The translations under genes and the position numbers were made by a program. Under the pieces are notes generated by a model. The model was given only the letters and a program-made list of their open reading frames with translations, did not search any database and was not told the origin of the DNA. This document shows positions 1-8,965 of a DNA stretch of 64,000 bases, piece by piece. This DNA comes from an uncultured virus (IMG/VR IMGVR_UViG_3300027963_000045) (Duplodnaviria > Heunggongvirae > Uroviricota > Caudoviricetes). The first letter of the stretch is position 1. Every line of letters begins with the position of its first letter. The stretch lies in the IMG/VR virus record IMGVR_UViG_3300027963_000045. One strand, 5' to 3'.

Positions 1-2
1 AA

Positions 3-3000
3 ACTGTGAGCGGGTTAACAGTGGCAACCACATCACCACCTGATCCGGCCACAGGAGATCTTTGGTTTAATCCCACAACATCTCGTATCAAGGTATACGG
101 CCCAACCAGTACAGGCCTAGGATGGGTGCCAGTGAATGCAGTCACAGTGGCCACAACTGCGCCAAGTGCTGTGATCGCAGGCGAAATATATTTTAACAGC
201 AACACCAGTCAATTTTTTGTGTACAATGGGACTGGGTGGAGCCTGATTGGCCCCGATGGAGTCAGTGGTTTTGCTACTACACGCTGGGTGAGTGCTTCTT
301 TGAATGATGTGGGCAATGTTGCCCATGCAGTGATTGAATGCACAGTTGACGGAAACATTGTTGCCATTTCCAGCGCAGACAATTTCACAATACTGCCATC
401 CCAGGCACCCACTGGGTTCACCAGTCTGGTTGAAGGTATCAATCTCAGCAGTACAGCCGTGTTAAATGGGGTCGCAACCCGGGCCACAAAGCTTGAAACT
501 GCACGTGGAATCAATGGTGTACCATTTGATGGTACTGCCAATATCACTGTTGTCAATCTTGGTGAACTAATTGCCGGCAGCTACTTGACTGGTACAAATT
601 ACAGTGGGGCTGTCAATCAAACCTGGGCAGTTGATGCAACTTCAATCAACACTGCCAGCAAGGTTGTGGCACGTGATGCCAGCGGCGATTTTTCAGCTAG
701 AACAATAGCTGCCAACCTGATTGGTAACGTATCGGGAATTGCAACCAATGTGTCAGGAGTTGTTGCCTATCAAAACGGTGGCACTGGCTACAGTAGCTAT
801 TCTGCTGGTCAGATCCTGGTTGGTAACGGATCTGGTTTGGTTCGAGCATTTGTGTCCGGCACTTCACCAATTGTGGTCAACAGCACTGCCAACGGTATTG
901 CTATTTCCTACACAGGCGGTACCGGCATTGGTAATGTAACATCAGTTGGCATCACAGCAGGACCTGGCATTGGTGTGTCCGGCAGTCCAATCACTGGTGC
1001 TGGCAATATCCTTGTTACCAACACCGGAGTAACTCAGCTAAATGCCGGGGAGGGTGTAAGCGTCAACAACGTTAACGGCGATGTCACCGTGACCAACACT
1101 GGCGTTAAAAATATTCAAGCAGGTACCGGTATATCGTTATCGGGCACCAATGCCAACCTTACTATTACTAATTCCGGGGTTACCAGGCTAGTTGCTGGTA
1201 CAAATATCTCGCTGTCTAGCTCTAATGGTGTGGTTACTATTACTTCCACTGCCAGCGGAGGCGGCTCAAGCTATACACTACCAACTGCCAGTAGTACAAC
1301 GCTGGGCGGGGTCAAGATTGGTCCCGGACTTGGTATCAATACTGGCGTGCTTACCAATACTGGGGTAACATCAATCATTGCTGGCAACAACATCATTGTC
1401 AACGAAAACAATGGTTCTGTGACCATCTCGTCCACTGGCGGGGGTGGCGGCGGCACGATTGTCAGCGTAGAACTGGCAGGATCAATAAAAATCTGGGGTG
1501 GGTTAACTCCACCGGACAACTGGGCAATATGTGATGGTTCGGCTGTGAGTCGTGTTACCTATGCCACACTGTTTCAACGTATAGGCACCACATTTGGTGC
1601 AGGTGATGGTTCTACCTCATTTAACCTACCAGACTTCCGGGGAAAATTTGGGATTGGTACCAGTGCTGGTTATCCTGCAGGCAGCACTGGAGGTGCCGCA
1701 GATGCCAAATTGATTGCTCACCGACACGACTTTGTTGATCCCGCTACCGGGGCAAGATTTTTTGTCAGCAATGATAATTTAAACAGAGGTACCCCAGGCA
1801 TTCCGGCCAGCTGGAATACCAACAACCAAGGCGATACGGAACCACGAATAAATAGTCCACGGCTGCAAAATGTCAATTTACCGTTTATAGGCGAGGGCCC
1901 CGAAGATCATGGGGATGCCAGTTACTATTCCTGGACCAGTACCGTGGGTGAACCTGCAACCAATAGCAACTTGCCGCCTTATTTGTCTGCCAATTGGATC
2001 ATCAAGCTCAACGATGCTCCGGTTCCTGGTGGTGGTGGCGGTGGTGGGGGTGGTAGTGGAACTGTTTATGCAGTCACAGCCGGCGATGGTCTACTGGGCG
2101 GACAAATTACCACAGCTGGAACTATTACTGTTGACTCAACAGTGGCTAGATTAACTGTTCCCCAAACATTTACTTCTTTAAAGAGATTCACCAACGGCAT
2201 AATCAGTCAAGCCTACAATTTTACAACAGCAGGCGCAAGTATTTTTTATGCAGATCCAACATTGCCAGGATTTCAAGAACCAGTAGTGCAGATCGCAGTT
2301 AATGAAGCTTCGGCGACGCCATACGATTATGCTCACCAGTTTTACAATCAAAGATTCGTAGTAGAAGGCAGTGCAGACCCCACAACTCCAGGTAGTAATA
2401 GACCAGCAGGTGGCGCAATTATTGGCATTGACTACGGTAATACTGGCGGCGGCGGAGTGTTTGGATGGCATACCAACAACATACCGGGGCTTGGTATAGG
2501 CACCGGTGGTTACGCCACTAACATGACTTTTACTGGTGCTGTGTTTCAGGGAGTAACAGCTAGACCATCATCAGGAGACTTTGTACAAATTAGAAGCTAC
2601 AGTCAAAACGATGTAGTGTTTGAAGTGCGTGGCAATGGCAATGTGTTTTATGCTGGCAGTGTAACTGCACCTGGTGCTGACTATGCTGAATATTTTGAGT
2701 GGGCAGACGGCAACCCCAACAGCGAAGATCGTGTCGGTATCTCTGTAGCACTAGATGGCAACCGTGTACGTCCAGCTGTTCAAGGAGACACGGTGTTGGG
2801 AGTGGTATCTGCTAATCCATCAATAGTGGGTGACGGCGCTGAACTGGCCTGGGCAGGTCAATACTTACACGATGATTGGGGGCGTGTGCTCACTGAAGAA
2901 TATCATGCCTACAACTGGACTGATGAGAAAGGTAAACATCACTCGGTGGCCAGCTTTGAAGACACCAGTGGTGTTCCAGATTCTGCTGTAATGACCACAG

Positions 3001-3209
3001 TAGATGGATTAGGCAACAAACTTGTGCGTCCAGTTTTGAATCCTGCCTACAACCCAGATATCAAGTATGTTCCACGAAGCAAACGTCCTGAGTGGGCGCC
3101 AGTGGGACTCATGGGCAAGTTGCGTTTGCGCAAAGGACAAGTTACAGGAGCTGGTTGGATCAAACTGCGTGACATCAGTGACACAGTAGAAGAGTGGTTG
3201 GTCAAGTAA
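3..3209 (+). CDS. Tail fibre protein (probably 5'-truncated by window) with phage tail-collar domain and C-terminal peptidase-G2-like intramolecular chaperone
   Basis: Gly/Thr/Ser-rich; repeats NxGVxxxxAGxGIxV; collar motif PPDNWAICDGSAVSRVTYATLFQRIGTTFGAGDGSTSFNLPDFRG; C-terminal ADYAEYFEW...RPEWAPVGLMGKL. Confidence 0.85.
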   Translation, partial: TVSGLTVATTSPPDPATGDLWFNPTTSRIKVYGPTSTGLGWVPVNAVTVATTAPSAVIAGEIYFNSNTSQFFVYNGTGWSLIGPDGVSGFATTRWVSASLNDVGNVAHAVIECTVDGNIVAISSADNFTILPSQAPTGFTSLVEGINLSSTAVLNGVATRATKLETARGINGVPFDGTANITVVNLGELIAGSYLTGTNYSGAVNQTWAVDATSINTASKVVARDASGDFSARTIAANLIGNVSGIATNVSGVVAYQNGGTGYSSYSAGQILVGNGSGLVRAFVSGTSPIVVNSTANGIAISYTGGTGIGNVTSVGITAGPGIGVSGSPITGAGNILVTNTGVTQLNAGEGVSVNNVNGDVTVTNTGVKNIQAGTGISLSGTNANLTITNSGVTRLVAGTNISLSSSNGVVTITSTASGGGSSYTLPTASSTTLGGVKIGPGLGINTGVLTNTGVTSIIAGNNIIVNENNGSVTISSTGGGGGGTIVSVELAGSIKIWGGLTPPDNWAICDGSAVSRVTYATLFQRIGTTFGAGDGSTSFNLPDFRGKFGIGTSAGYPAGSTGGAADAKLIAHRHDFVDPATGARFFVSNDNLNRGTPGIPASWNTNNQGDTEPRINSPRLQNVNLPFIGEGPEDHGDASYYSWTSTVGEPATNSNLPPYLSANWIIKLNDAPVPGGGGGGGGGSGTVYAVTAGDGLLGGQITTAGTITVDSTVARLTVPQTFTSLKRFTNGIISQAYNFTTAGASIFYADPTLPGFQEPVVQIAVNEASATPYDYAHQFYNQRFVVEGSADPTTPGSNRPAGGAIIGIDYGNTGGGGVFGWHTNNIPGLGIGTGGYATNMTFTGAVFQGVTARPSSGDFVQIRSYSQNDVVFEVRGNGNVFYAGSVTAPGADYAEYFEWADGNPNSEDRVGISVALDGNRVRPAVQGDTVLGVVSANPSIVGDGAELAWAGQYLHDDWGRVLTEEYHAYNWTDEKGKHHSVASFEDTSGVPDSAVMTTVDGLGNKLVRPVLNPAYNPDIKYVPRSKRPEWAPVGLMGKLRLRKGQVTGAGWIKLRDISDTVEEWLVK

Positions 3210-3222
3210 ATTGCCAATATCC

Positions 3223-3252
3223 TTGACAAGGTATAAATAGATACTCTATAAT
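3223..3252 (+). promoter_or_regulatory. sigma70-type promoter with embedded TATAAATA late-type motif
   Basis: TTGACA-18nt-TATAAT; TATAAATA at 3232-3239 in the spacer. Confidence 0.7.
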
Positions 3253-3263
3253 ATAACACAATC

Positions 3264-3377
3264 ATGAACTTATTCAGATCAATGATATCACCACAAGGGT
3301 TACAAAAACCTTGTGGTTCATCGCCTGTTGAATCCTTCAATACATCATATATTGATCGTGACGCGGGGTCCAAGTAG
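3264..3377 (+). CDS. Putative 37-aa leader peptide (MNLFRSMISPQGLQKPCGSSPVESFNTSYIDRDAGSK)
   Basis: ATG just downstream of promoter; stop codon lies inside a hairpin that competes with the downstream terminator. Confidence 0.5.
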   Translation: MNLFRSMISPQGLQKPCGSSPVESFNTSYIDRDAGSK

Positions 3378-3401
3378 AATTCGCTAGTACTATTCTACAA
3401 A

Positions 3402-3440
3402 GACCCTAGACTCGAAAGATTCTAGGGTTTTTTATTTTTT
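3402..3440 (+). terminator. Intrinsic terminator (attenuator terminator)
   Basis: ACCCTAGA...TCTAGGGT followed by a T-rich run. Confidence 0.8.
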
Positions 3441-3444
3441 AACT

Positions 3445-3609
3445 ATGGAAACAACCAAAGAACAACGCAAACAACAACAAGAAAAGTACACACGTGAGCA
3501 TACTTTGAGCCAAGATCAGCTCAAGAAACTGATCAAAGACAAGTTTGAACGTGCCAGTGCAATGTACTATTCGATAGCAAAGCGCGAATCTGTCCAGAAT
3601 GACAGATGA
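3445..3609 (+). CDS. Small hypothetical protein (54 aa, charged)
   Basis: ATG..TGA read manually: METTKEQRKQQQEKYTREH... Confidence 0.5.
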   Translation: METTKEQRKQQQEKYTREHTLSQDQLKKLIKDKFERASAMYYSIAKRESVQNDR

Positions 3610-3611
3610 TG

Positions 3612-3782
3612 ACCGCAAGTGTTAAACATGGTAACGAGGACCATACTGCGCACTATAAACATGCAGTGAACGGGCGGAGTCTCGGATTGAAACTGTGGCG
3701 GAAACGCAGGAGTAAAATGAGCAGTCAGGGGACGGCCCTGGCTATATTAAAGCATTTTGTAATCAGAATTCTTTAATATGGT
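3612..3782 (+). ncRNA. Candidate structured ncRNA
   Basis: GC-richer non-coding stretch with short hairpins (ACTGC/GCAGT, CAGGG/CCCTG, TATTAAAG/CTTTAATA). Confidence 0.35.
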
Positions 3783-3802
3783 TAAATAAAATTTGTGGAT
3801 TC

Positions 3803-3831
3803 TTGACAAAACTCAGTAGAAACCATATAAT
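3803..3831 (+). promoter_or_regulatory. sigma70-type promoter
   Basis: TTGACA-17nt-TATAAT; AAGGA RBS before ATG 3855. Confidence 0.8.
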
Positions 3832-3854
3832 ATATCATTTAACAAGGAAACTTT

Positions 3855-4754
3855 ATGACTACAACAATTACTATCAAAGACAAAGCAGTTAACACTACAT
3901 ACCAAAATGTTACAGGTATCACTGGTGGTGCCGGCGCCGATGCCGCATTTGATGTTACAAAAACTAACGGAGTTTATTCCGTTGTATTAGATTCACTAGC
4001 AGCCAGCGCAGGACATGGCTATGTTGCCGGCGATACAATTACTCTTGCTGGTACAGCATTGGGTGGCACAAGTGCTAACAACTTGATCATTACAGTTGCC
4101 ACAGTTGGTACAGCAGGTAAGATTGCTACATTTGGTGTAGTAGGCACAGGCCGCATCGGTGATGGTACAGTTGATGTTGTTGTGGATGTAACAGGTACCA
4201 CAGGTGTTGACACTTACACCATGGGTGGTGCTAGCACAGAATACACTCTTACTAAAACTGCCGACAATGTAAAGTTAGCCAGCACTTTGGTTAGCAACAT
4301 GGAATTTAACCTTGCTGACCACGAGCGTGTTGTGTTCACAGACAAAGCCATTGCTTATGATGCCGCTGGTCGTGCTGGTGATGTATACGCATTGCTAGCA
4401 GCCGCATTAGGTACAGCAGATGTTACTAAAGCCTATGAAGGTGTCGGTATCTATCTTGCTGACGCAGGTTGGACCAACAAACAACTAGCAACAGCATTGT
4501 TGGCCACAGACACTTACAAAACTGACGCCGGTGGTGTAAGCGATGAAACATTCATCAAGCACGTTTATAAAAATGTTTTTGGTACTGATGCTACATTTTC
4601 TCAAGTTACAGCATACACAACATGGATGCACAATAGCAATTTAAGTCAAGCAGATGTTTTGGTGGCCGCAAGCGAATTGCCAGCGTTTGAAACCACTATT
4701 GGCCTGGTTGGTCTTGCTACTACTGGGATCGAGTACACACCATACGTTGCTTAA
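3855..4754 (+). CDS. Thr/Ala/Gly-rich surface-type protein with C-terminal DUF4214-like domain
   Basis: beta-rich N-terminus; ERVVFTDKAIAYD then SDETFIKHVYKNVFG...A motif typical of DUF4214; followed by a terminator. Confidence 0.65.
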   Translation: MTTTITIKDKAVNTTYQNVTGITGGAGADAAFDVTKTNGVYSVVLDSLAASAGHGYVAGDTITLAGTALGGTSANNLIITVATVGTAGKIATFGVVGTGRIGDGTVDVVVDVTGTTGVDTYTMGGASTEYTLTKTADNVKLASTLVSNMEFNLADHERVVFTDKAIAYDAAGRAGDVYALLAAALGTADVTKAYEGVGIYLADAGWTNKQLATALLATDTYKTDAGGVSDETFIKHVYKNVFGTDATFSQVTAYTTWMHNSNLSQADVLVAASELPAFETTIGLVGLATTGIEYTPYVA

Positions 4755-4777
4755 ACTTAGTTTAAACAAAGTGTCTG

Positions 4778-4802
4778 AAAGGTTGCAGTGCAACCTTTTT
4801 TT
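4778..4802 (+). terminator. Intrinsic terminator
   Basis: AAAGGTTGCA-G-TGCAACCTTT + T run. Confidence 0.75.
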
Positions 4803-4818
4803 GCGTTAAATACACAAT

Positions 4819-6495
4819 ATGTTTGACAATTCTAAACCCAATATTATAATGCTCACTGACATAACTGATCCCATCTTGTTATCTAAGATGTTTGGGGTGA
4901 GTAAAGTTGCATGTGAATTACGCAACGCTGGATTTGAGGTTGCAGTAATAAATCACTTGCACGTTTTTAGTATTGACGAACTCAAAAACATGTTGTCGCA
5001 AATGGTGAATGAAAATACCTTGTTCATTGGGACAAGTCCATTTGTGTACAAGAATATCAGTTCCACTGTTGACTTGGGTTTTACCCACAACAAAGGTGGT
5101 GTCAGCTATGGACCCAAGGAGTGGGGATCGTTTTTGCCACATGGGTTGCATTACAATGCTGAGATCAAATCACTGGTCAAGGGTATCAATCCCAAGTGCA
5201 AATTTGTGCTTGGTGGCCCAGATGCCCAGGACCGTGAGTACGCTCGAGATTATGATTATGTAGTAATTGGTTATTCTGATAATTCAGTTATTGATCTAGC
5301 ACGTCACTTGGCATACAATGTGCCACTCTCAAACACTCGCAAAAGTTTGTTTGGTCCTGTTATCGTTGATGATCGTGAAGCCATTGGTTATGATTTTGCC
5401 AACAGCATCATGCGTTATGAAAGCCACGATGTGATCATGCCTGGCGAAACACTAATGACTGAGATTGCACGTGGATGCATTTTCCAATGTGGATTTTGTA
5501 GCTACCCATTGAACGGCAAGAAGAAACTGGATTTTATCAAGAGTGAAGAAGCATTGTACACCGAGTTCATGGACAACTATGAGCGGTGGGGTGTAACTCG
5601 TTATTTGTTTGTTGATGACACATACAATGACAGTGAACAAAAAGTTGAGATGATGCATCGTCTCAGCAAACGACTACCATTTAATCTTGAATACTGGGCC
5701 ACAATGCGTGTTGACTTGCTGGCAGCTCATCCTCATCACATTGACTTGCTGTATGAGAGTGGCTGTCGTGGTTACATGTTTGGTGTTGAAACACTAAACG
5801 AAGAAACTGGAAAAATAATTGGCAAGGGCGGCAATCGAGAACGTATTGTCAAAGCCATCAACACTATAAAAGAACGCTATGGCAACAAGGTAATGTTGCA
5901 TGGAGGTTTTATCTTTGGTTTGCCCAAGGAATCCATTGATAGCATGCGTGAAACTGCCAATCGTTGTATCAGTGGCGACATCAAATTGGACAGCTATGTT
6001 TTTCATGCGTTTAGACTCATGCAACCTGGCAATAGCTATACCAGCAAATTTGACAAAGATCCTGGCAAGTATGGCTATCGTTTGCTAGGTGATACTAAAA
6101 CAGTTGACAGCAATGTTAGTGGATTTGATGCCAAAGCAGGTAATAGACTTGTCTGGGAAAACGACTACACCAACTACTATGAATGCGAAGCGTTGACCAA
6201 AGAGTTTATGGAGCTCAGTGCTTACAAAACCATGAGCAACAAGATCAATGGAACGTCAACATTTTGGTTTGCTGGCATGGGATTTAATCTAGACTTCACT
6301 GCCAACAAAAATGTAAGTGAAGTAAATTGGCAAGTGGTTGATATACGCAAAAAACAACTAGCCAAACGATACAAAAATCAATTGTACAAAGAGTTGCAAA
6401 TTTCTCCTATGCCTGTTACAATACCAACAAGCACCAAGGACAATGCTCAAATTATTGAACAAATACGCGATTTAGACTTAATGGTAAAACCCTAA
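4819..6495 (+). CDS. B12-binding-type radical SAM protein
   Basis: EIARGCIFQCGFC (CxxxCxxC), N-terminal LGGP, FVDDTYN, FGVET, FIFGLPKE. Confidence 0.85.
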   Translation: MFDNSKPNIIMLTDITDPILLSKMFGVSKVACELRNAGFEVAVINHLHVFSIDELKNMLSQMVNENTLFIGTSPFVYKNISSTVDLGFTHNKGGVSYGPKEWGSFLPHGLHYNAEIKSLVKGINPKCKFVLGGPDAQDREYARDYDYVVIGYSDNSVIDLARHLAYNVPLSNTRKSLFGPVIVDDREAIGYDFANSIMRYESHDVIMPGETLMTEIARGCIFQCGFCSYPLNGKKKLDFIKSEEALYTEFMDNYERWGVTRYLFVDDTYNDSEQKVEMMHRLSKRLPFNLEYWATMRVDLLAAHPHHIDLLYESGCRGYMFGVETLNEETGKIIGKGGNRERIVKAINTIKERYGNKVMLHGGFIFGLPKESIDSMRETANRCISGDIKLDSYVFHAFRLMQPGNSYTSKFDKDPGKYGYRLLGDTKTVDSNVSGFDAKAGNRLVWENDYTNYYECEALTKEFMELSAYKTMSNKINGTSTFWFAGMGFNLDFTANKNVSEVNWQVVDIRKKQLAKRYKNQLYKELQISPMPVTIPTSTKDNAQIIEQIRDLDLMVKP

Positions 6496-6507
6496 TGCTT
6501 ATAGTTA

Positions 6508-6652
6508 AGGCTGTGAAAGAAAGATGTCTAGCCAACTTCCCTAACTGCCAAGGGACGTACACTACCCCAATCCTCTGCAACCAATGGTTGAACTGGGTGG
6601 CACCCAGATGAGCATGATCAAGGGAAGTCAAACTCTAGGTTGGTACCCTAGG
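6508..6652 (+). ncRNA. Candidate structured ncRNA
   Basis: Intergenic; ACTTCCCT/AGGGAAGT long-range stem enclosing CAACCA/TGGTTG and CTGGGTG/CACCCAG hairpins. Confidence 0.4.
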
Positions 6653-6700
6653 TAACATGGTTTGACTTTTAAACACACGGCAGTAGCCTTAACTATAACT

Positions 6701-7246
6701 ATGACAGATACTTTAACATTGACATTTCGCAGTCATGAGTGCAACGGTTATCCAAAAGCACGGATATGCGTCAACGGAAATCTAGTGTGCGATCACAGTT
6801 TTACACAAGATGTTGAAGATATCACAATTGCAATTGACAGTGTACAAGAATTCAATACACTGACCGTTGAACGCTATGGCAAAGAAAACCATCACATGGT
6901 GTTTGAAAACAATCAAATCCTCAAGGATCAAGTTTTAGAAATCATAGGTGGCCGGGTGCGTAGCGCACGACTACCTGACTATATTTTCGACAAGCACTCG
7001 TGCTTTGAGTTTCATGGTCAAGTGCATCCAGGGTCGAGATACTTTGGGCCCAATGGCACGTGGACATTTAAATTTGGCTCGCCTGTTGTGACATGGGCAC
7101 TGGATCAAAAGATTTTGCAGGAAGCTGAGTACAATCAAGACTTTCAATATGCATGGTCCACTCAACTCGGGCCCGACAGTGCTGTTAACATATTAAAAGA
7201 GCTTGCCCAGGTCAGAGAAAAACTAGAAAAATCGGACATAAAATAA
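6701..7246 (+). CDS. Hypothetical beta-rich protein (radical-SAM partner family)
   Basis: CNGYP...YFGPNGTWTFKFGSP, similar to 49446..49949; abuts a B12-rSAM gene. Confidence 0.7.
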   Translation: MTDTLTLTFRSHECNGYPKARICVNGNLVCDHSFTQDVEDITIAIDSVQEFNTLTVERYGKENHHMVFENNQILKDQVLEIIGGRVRSARLPDYIFDKHSCFEFHGQVHPGSRYFGPNGTWTFKFGSPVVTWALDQKILQEAEYNQDFQYAWSTQLGPDSAVNILKELAQVREKLEKSDIK

Positions 7247-7247
7247 C

Positions 7248-8738
7248 ATGCGAGTATCTTGTTTAGCCATTGATGTTACCAATCCCGACAAGCCAGCGGC
7301 TTCGTTGGCCTTTATGTGCGGAGTATGTGAGCACCTTGACTTGGATTACCAAGCACTGAGCATCAACACCGAAATGCTGTTGCACACACATAGAGAAGAC
7401 TACAATCGTGTACACAATGCACTCAAGCTAAACGACTTTGATAGACTACAACAACTATCAGATCCCATCGCAAACATCATACTAAAACAAATACAAGACT
7501 ACGGCCCAGACATAATCATGGTGTCGTTATTTTCTTGGATGCAGTTTCCGCTGGCAAAAATCATTCTTGATAAAATTCGTAGTAGTGGATGCTCGGCAGA
7601 GATCATTGCTGGCGGACCTGGTATTCAGTCCGAGGATACTGCCAAGGTCACAAATGGTAAAAAACTAGCACAGAAAAATCTAATAGACTATTATGTACTT
7701 GGCGAAGGTGACGAAGTACTGGTTCGATTCTTGCAGGGAGAGAGAACACTGCTGGGACTCAATAGCCGCACTGACCGTTTTGGAGAATCTTGGGTTCCAC
7801 AGATTGATGATCTAGATCGTCACTACGTCAAGCCAAGTTATAAAAAAATCAACCTTGATGTTTACCACAACCTTGAATACAAAGAAAAAGCAGTACTCAG
7901 TGTCAGCACCAGCCGTGGATGTGTTCGGGCATGCAGTTTCTGCGATGTGATCAATGTGTGGCCCAAGTTTAGATACCGAAGTGGTAAATTGGTTGCCGAA
8001 GAGATTTTGCAATTGCACAAAGAAACAGGTGCTGTTAATTTTACCATTGTAGACAGTTTGATCAATGGCAGTTTAAAAAGTTTTAGAGACTTCAATGATG
8101 AAGTTGTTTGTATAAAAGAAAAAACGCCCAGCCTAGAAAAAATGAGTTACAATGGACTGTTTATTGTACGTCCACGCAACACACACAAAGAAGATTTGTT
8201 CAAGACCATGGCTGCCGCTGGATGTGAAAGCCTAGCAATTGGCGTTGAAACCGGCAGTGACAATTTGCGCATGCAAATGGCCAAAAAGTTTACAAACGAT
8301 GACTTGGACTATCATCTTGAGATGTGTCAAAAGTACGGCATACGAAACACCATGCTGTTGTTTGTGGGTTATCCCACAGAGACACGAGATGACTTTGAGC
8401 AGACCTTGCGCATGCTTGAACGCTATCAACATTACTTAATTGATAACACAATTATATCGTTAAACTTTTCCGGAGTGTTTAGTATGTATACCAACACACC
8501 AATATACAATGATGCGGCTCACCTGGGTATTGAAATTGTCGAAACTGACAGTCAACAAATGAAAATGTTGAATTGGGTCAACGTCAACAATCCAGATTTG
8601 ACTGTTCGAGAACGCATCATGCGAGATCTTACATTTAGACAACGAGCTGCCGAACTAAGATACCCAATCCCAAATTCGGCCAGATACTTGGAATATCTGC
8701 AACACATTGATAAAAATTTTATTCCTGTGTCTGATTAG
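7248..8738 (+). CDS. B12-binding radical SAM protein (class B methyltransferase-like)
   Basis: IIAGGPG, GEGDE, TSRGCVRACSFCDV, DSLING, IGVETGSD, VGYPTET. Confidence 0.9.
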   Translation: MRVSCLAIDVTNPDKPAASLAFMCGVCEHLDLDYQALSINTEMLLHTHREDYNRVHNALKLNDFDRLQQLSDPIANIILKQIQDYGPDIIMVSLFSWMQFPLAKIILDKIRSSGCSAEIIAGGPGIQSEDTAKVTNGKKLAQKNLIDYYVLGEGDEVLVRFLQGERTLLGLNSRTDRFGESWVPQIDDLDRHYVKPSYKKINLDVYHNLEYKEKAVLSVSTSRGCVRACSFCDVINVWPKFRYRSGKLVAEEILQLHKETGAVNFTIVDSLINGSLKSFRDFNDEVVCIKEKTPSLEKMSYNGLFIVRPRNTHKEDLFKTMAAAGCESLAIGVETGSDNLRMQMAKKFTNDDLDYHLEMCQKYGIRNTMLLFVGYPTETRDDFEQTLRMLERYQHYLIDNTIISLNFSGVFSMYTNTPIYNDAAHLGIEIVETDSQQMKMLNWVNVNNPDLTVRERIMRDLTFRQRAAELRYPIPNSARYLEYLQHIDKNFIPVSD

Positions 8739-8767
8739 TTGACTTTTTACATTTACTCTGTTACAAT
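8739..8767 (+). promoter_or_regulatory. sigma70-type promoter for tctB/tctA (near-leaderless)
   Basis: TTGACT-17nt-TACAAT, ATG 6 nt later. Confidence 0.6.
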
Positions 8768-8773
8768 CTATCT

Positions 8774-8965
8774 ATGAAAGATATTATCACTGGTATACTA
8801 TACCTAGCAATGGGTTTGTTTTTTAATTACTACTCACGCAATTATGCGTTTGGTACATCACATTCCATGGGTCCCGGTTACTTTCCTGCTATCCTTTCAA
8901 CAGGATTAATGATCCTGGGTATTTTGATTGCAAGCATTGGGGTTTATAAAAAATGGAAATCATAA
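8774..8965 (+). CDS. Short TctB-like membrane protein (2 TM)
   Basis: YxxGxxxxMGPGYFPxIL motif between two hydrophobic helices, directly upstream of tctA. Confidence 0.7.
   Translation: MKDIITGILYLAMGLFFNYYSRNYAFGTSHSMGPGYFPAILSTGLMILGILIASIGVYKKWKS

Noticed and set aside
2026..2060. GGT/GGC repeat
   Set aside because: Poly-Gly linker in the tail fibre; not a separate element.
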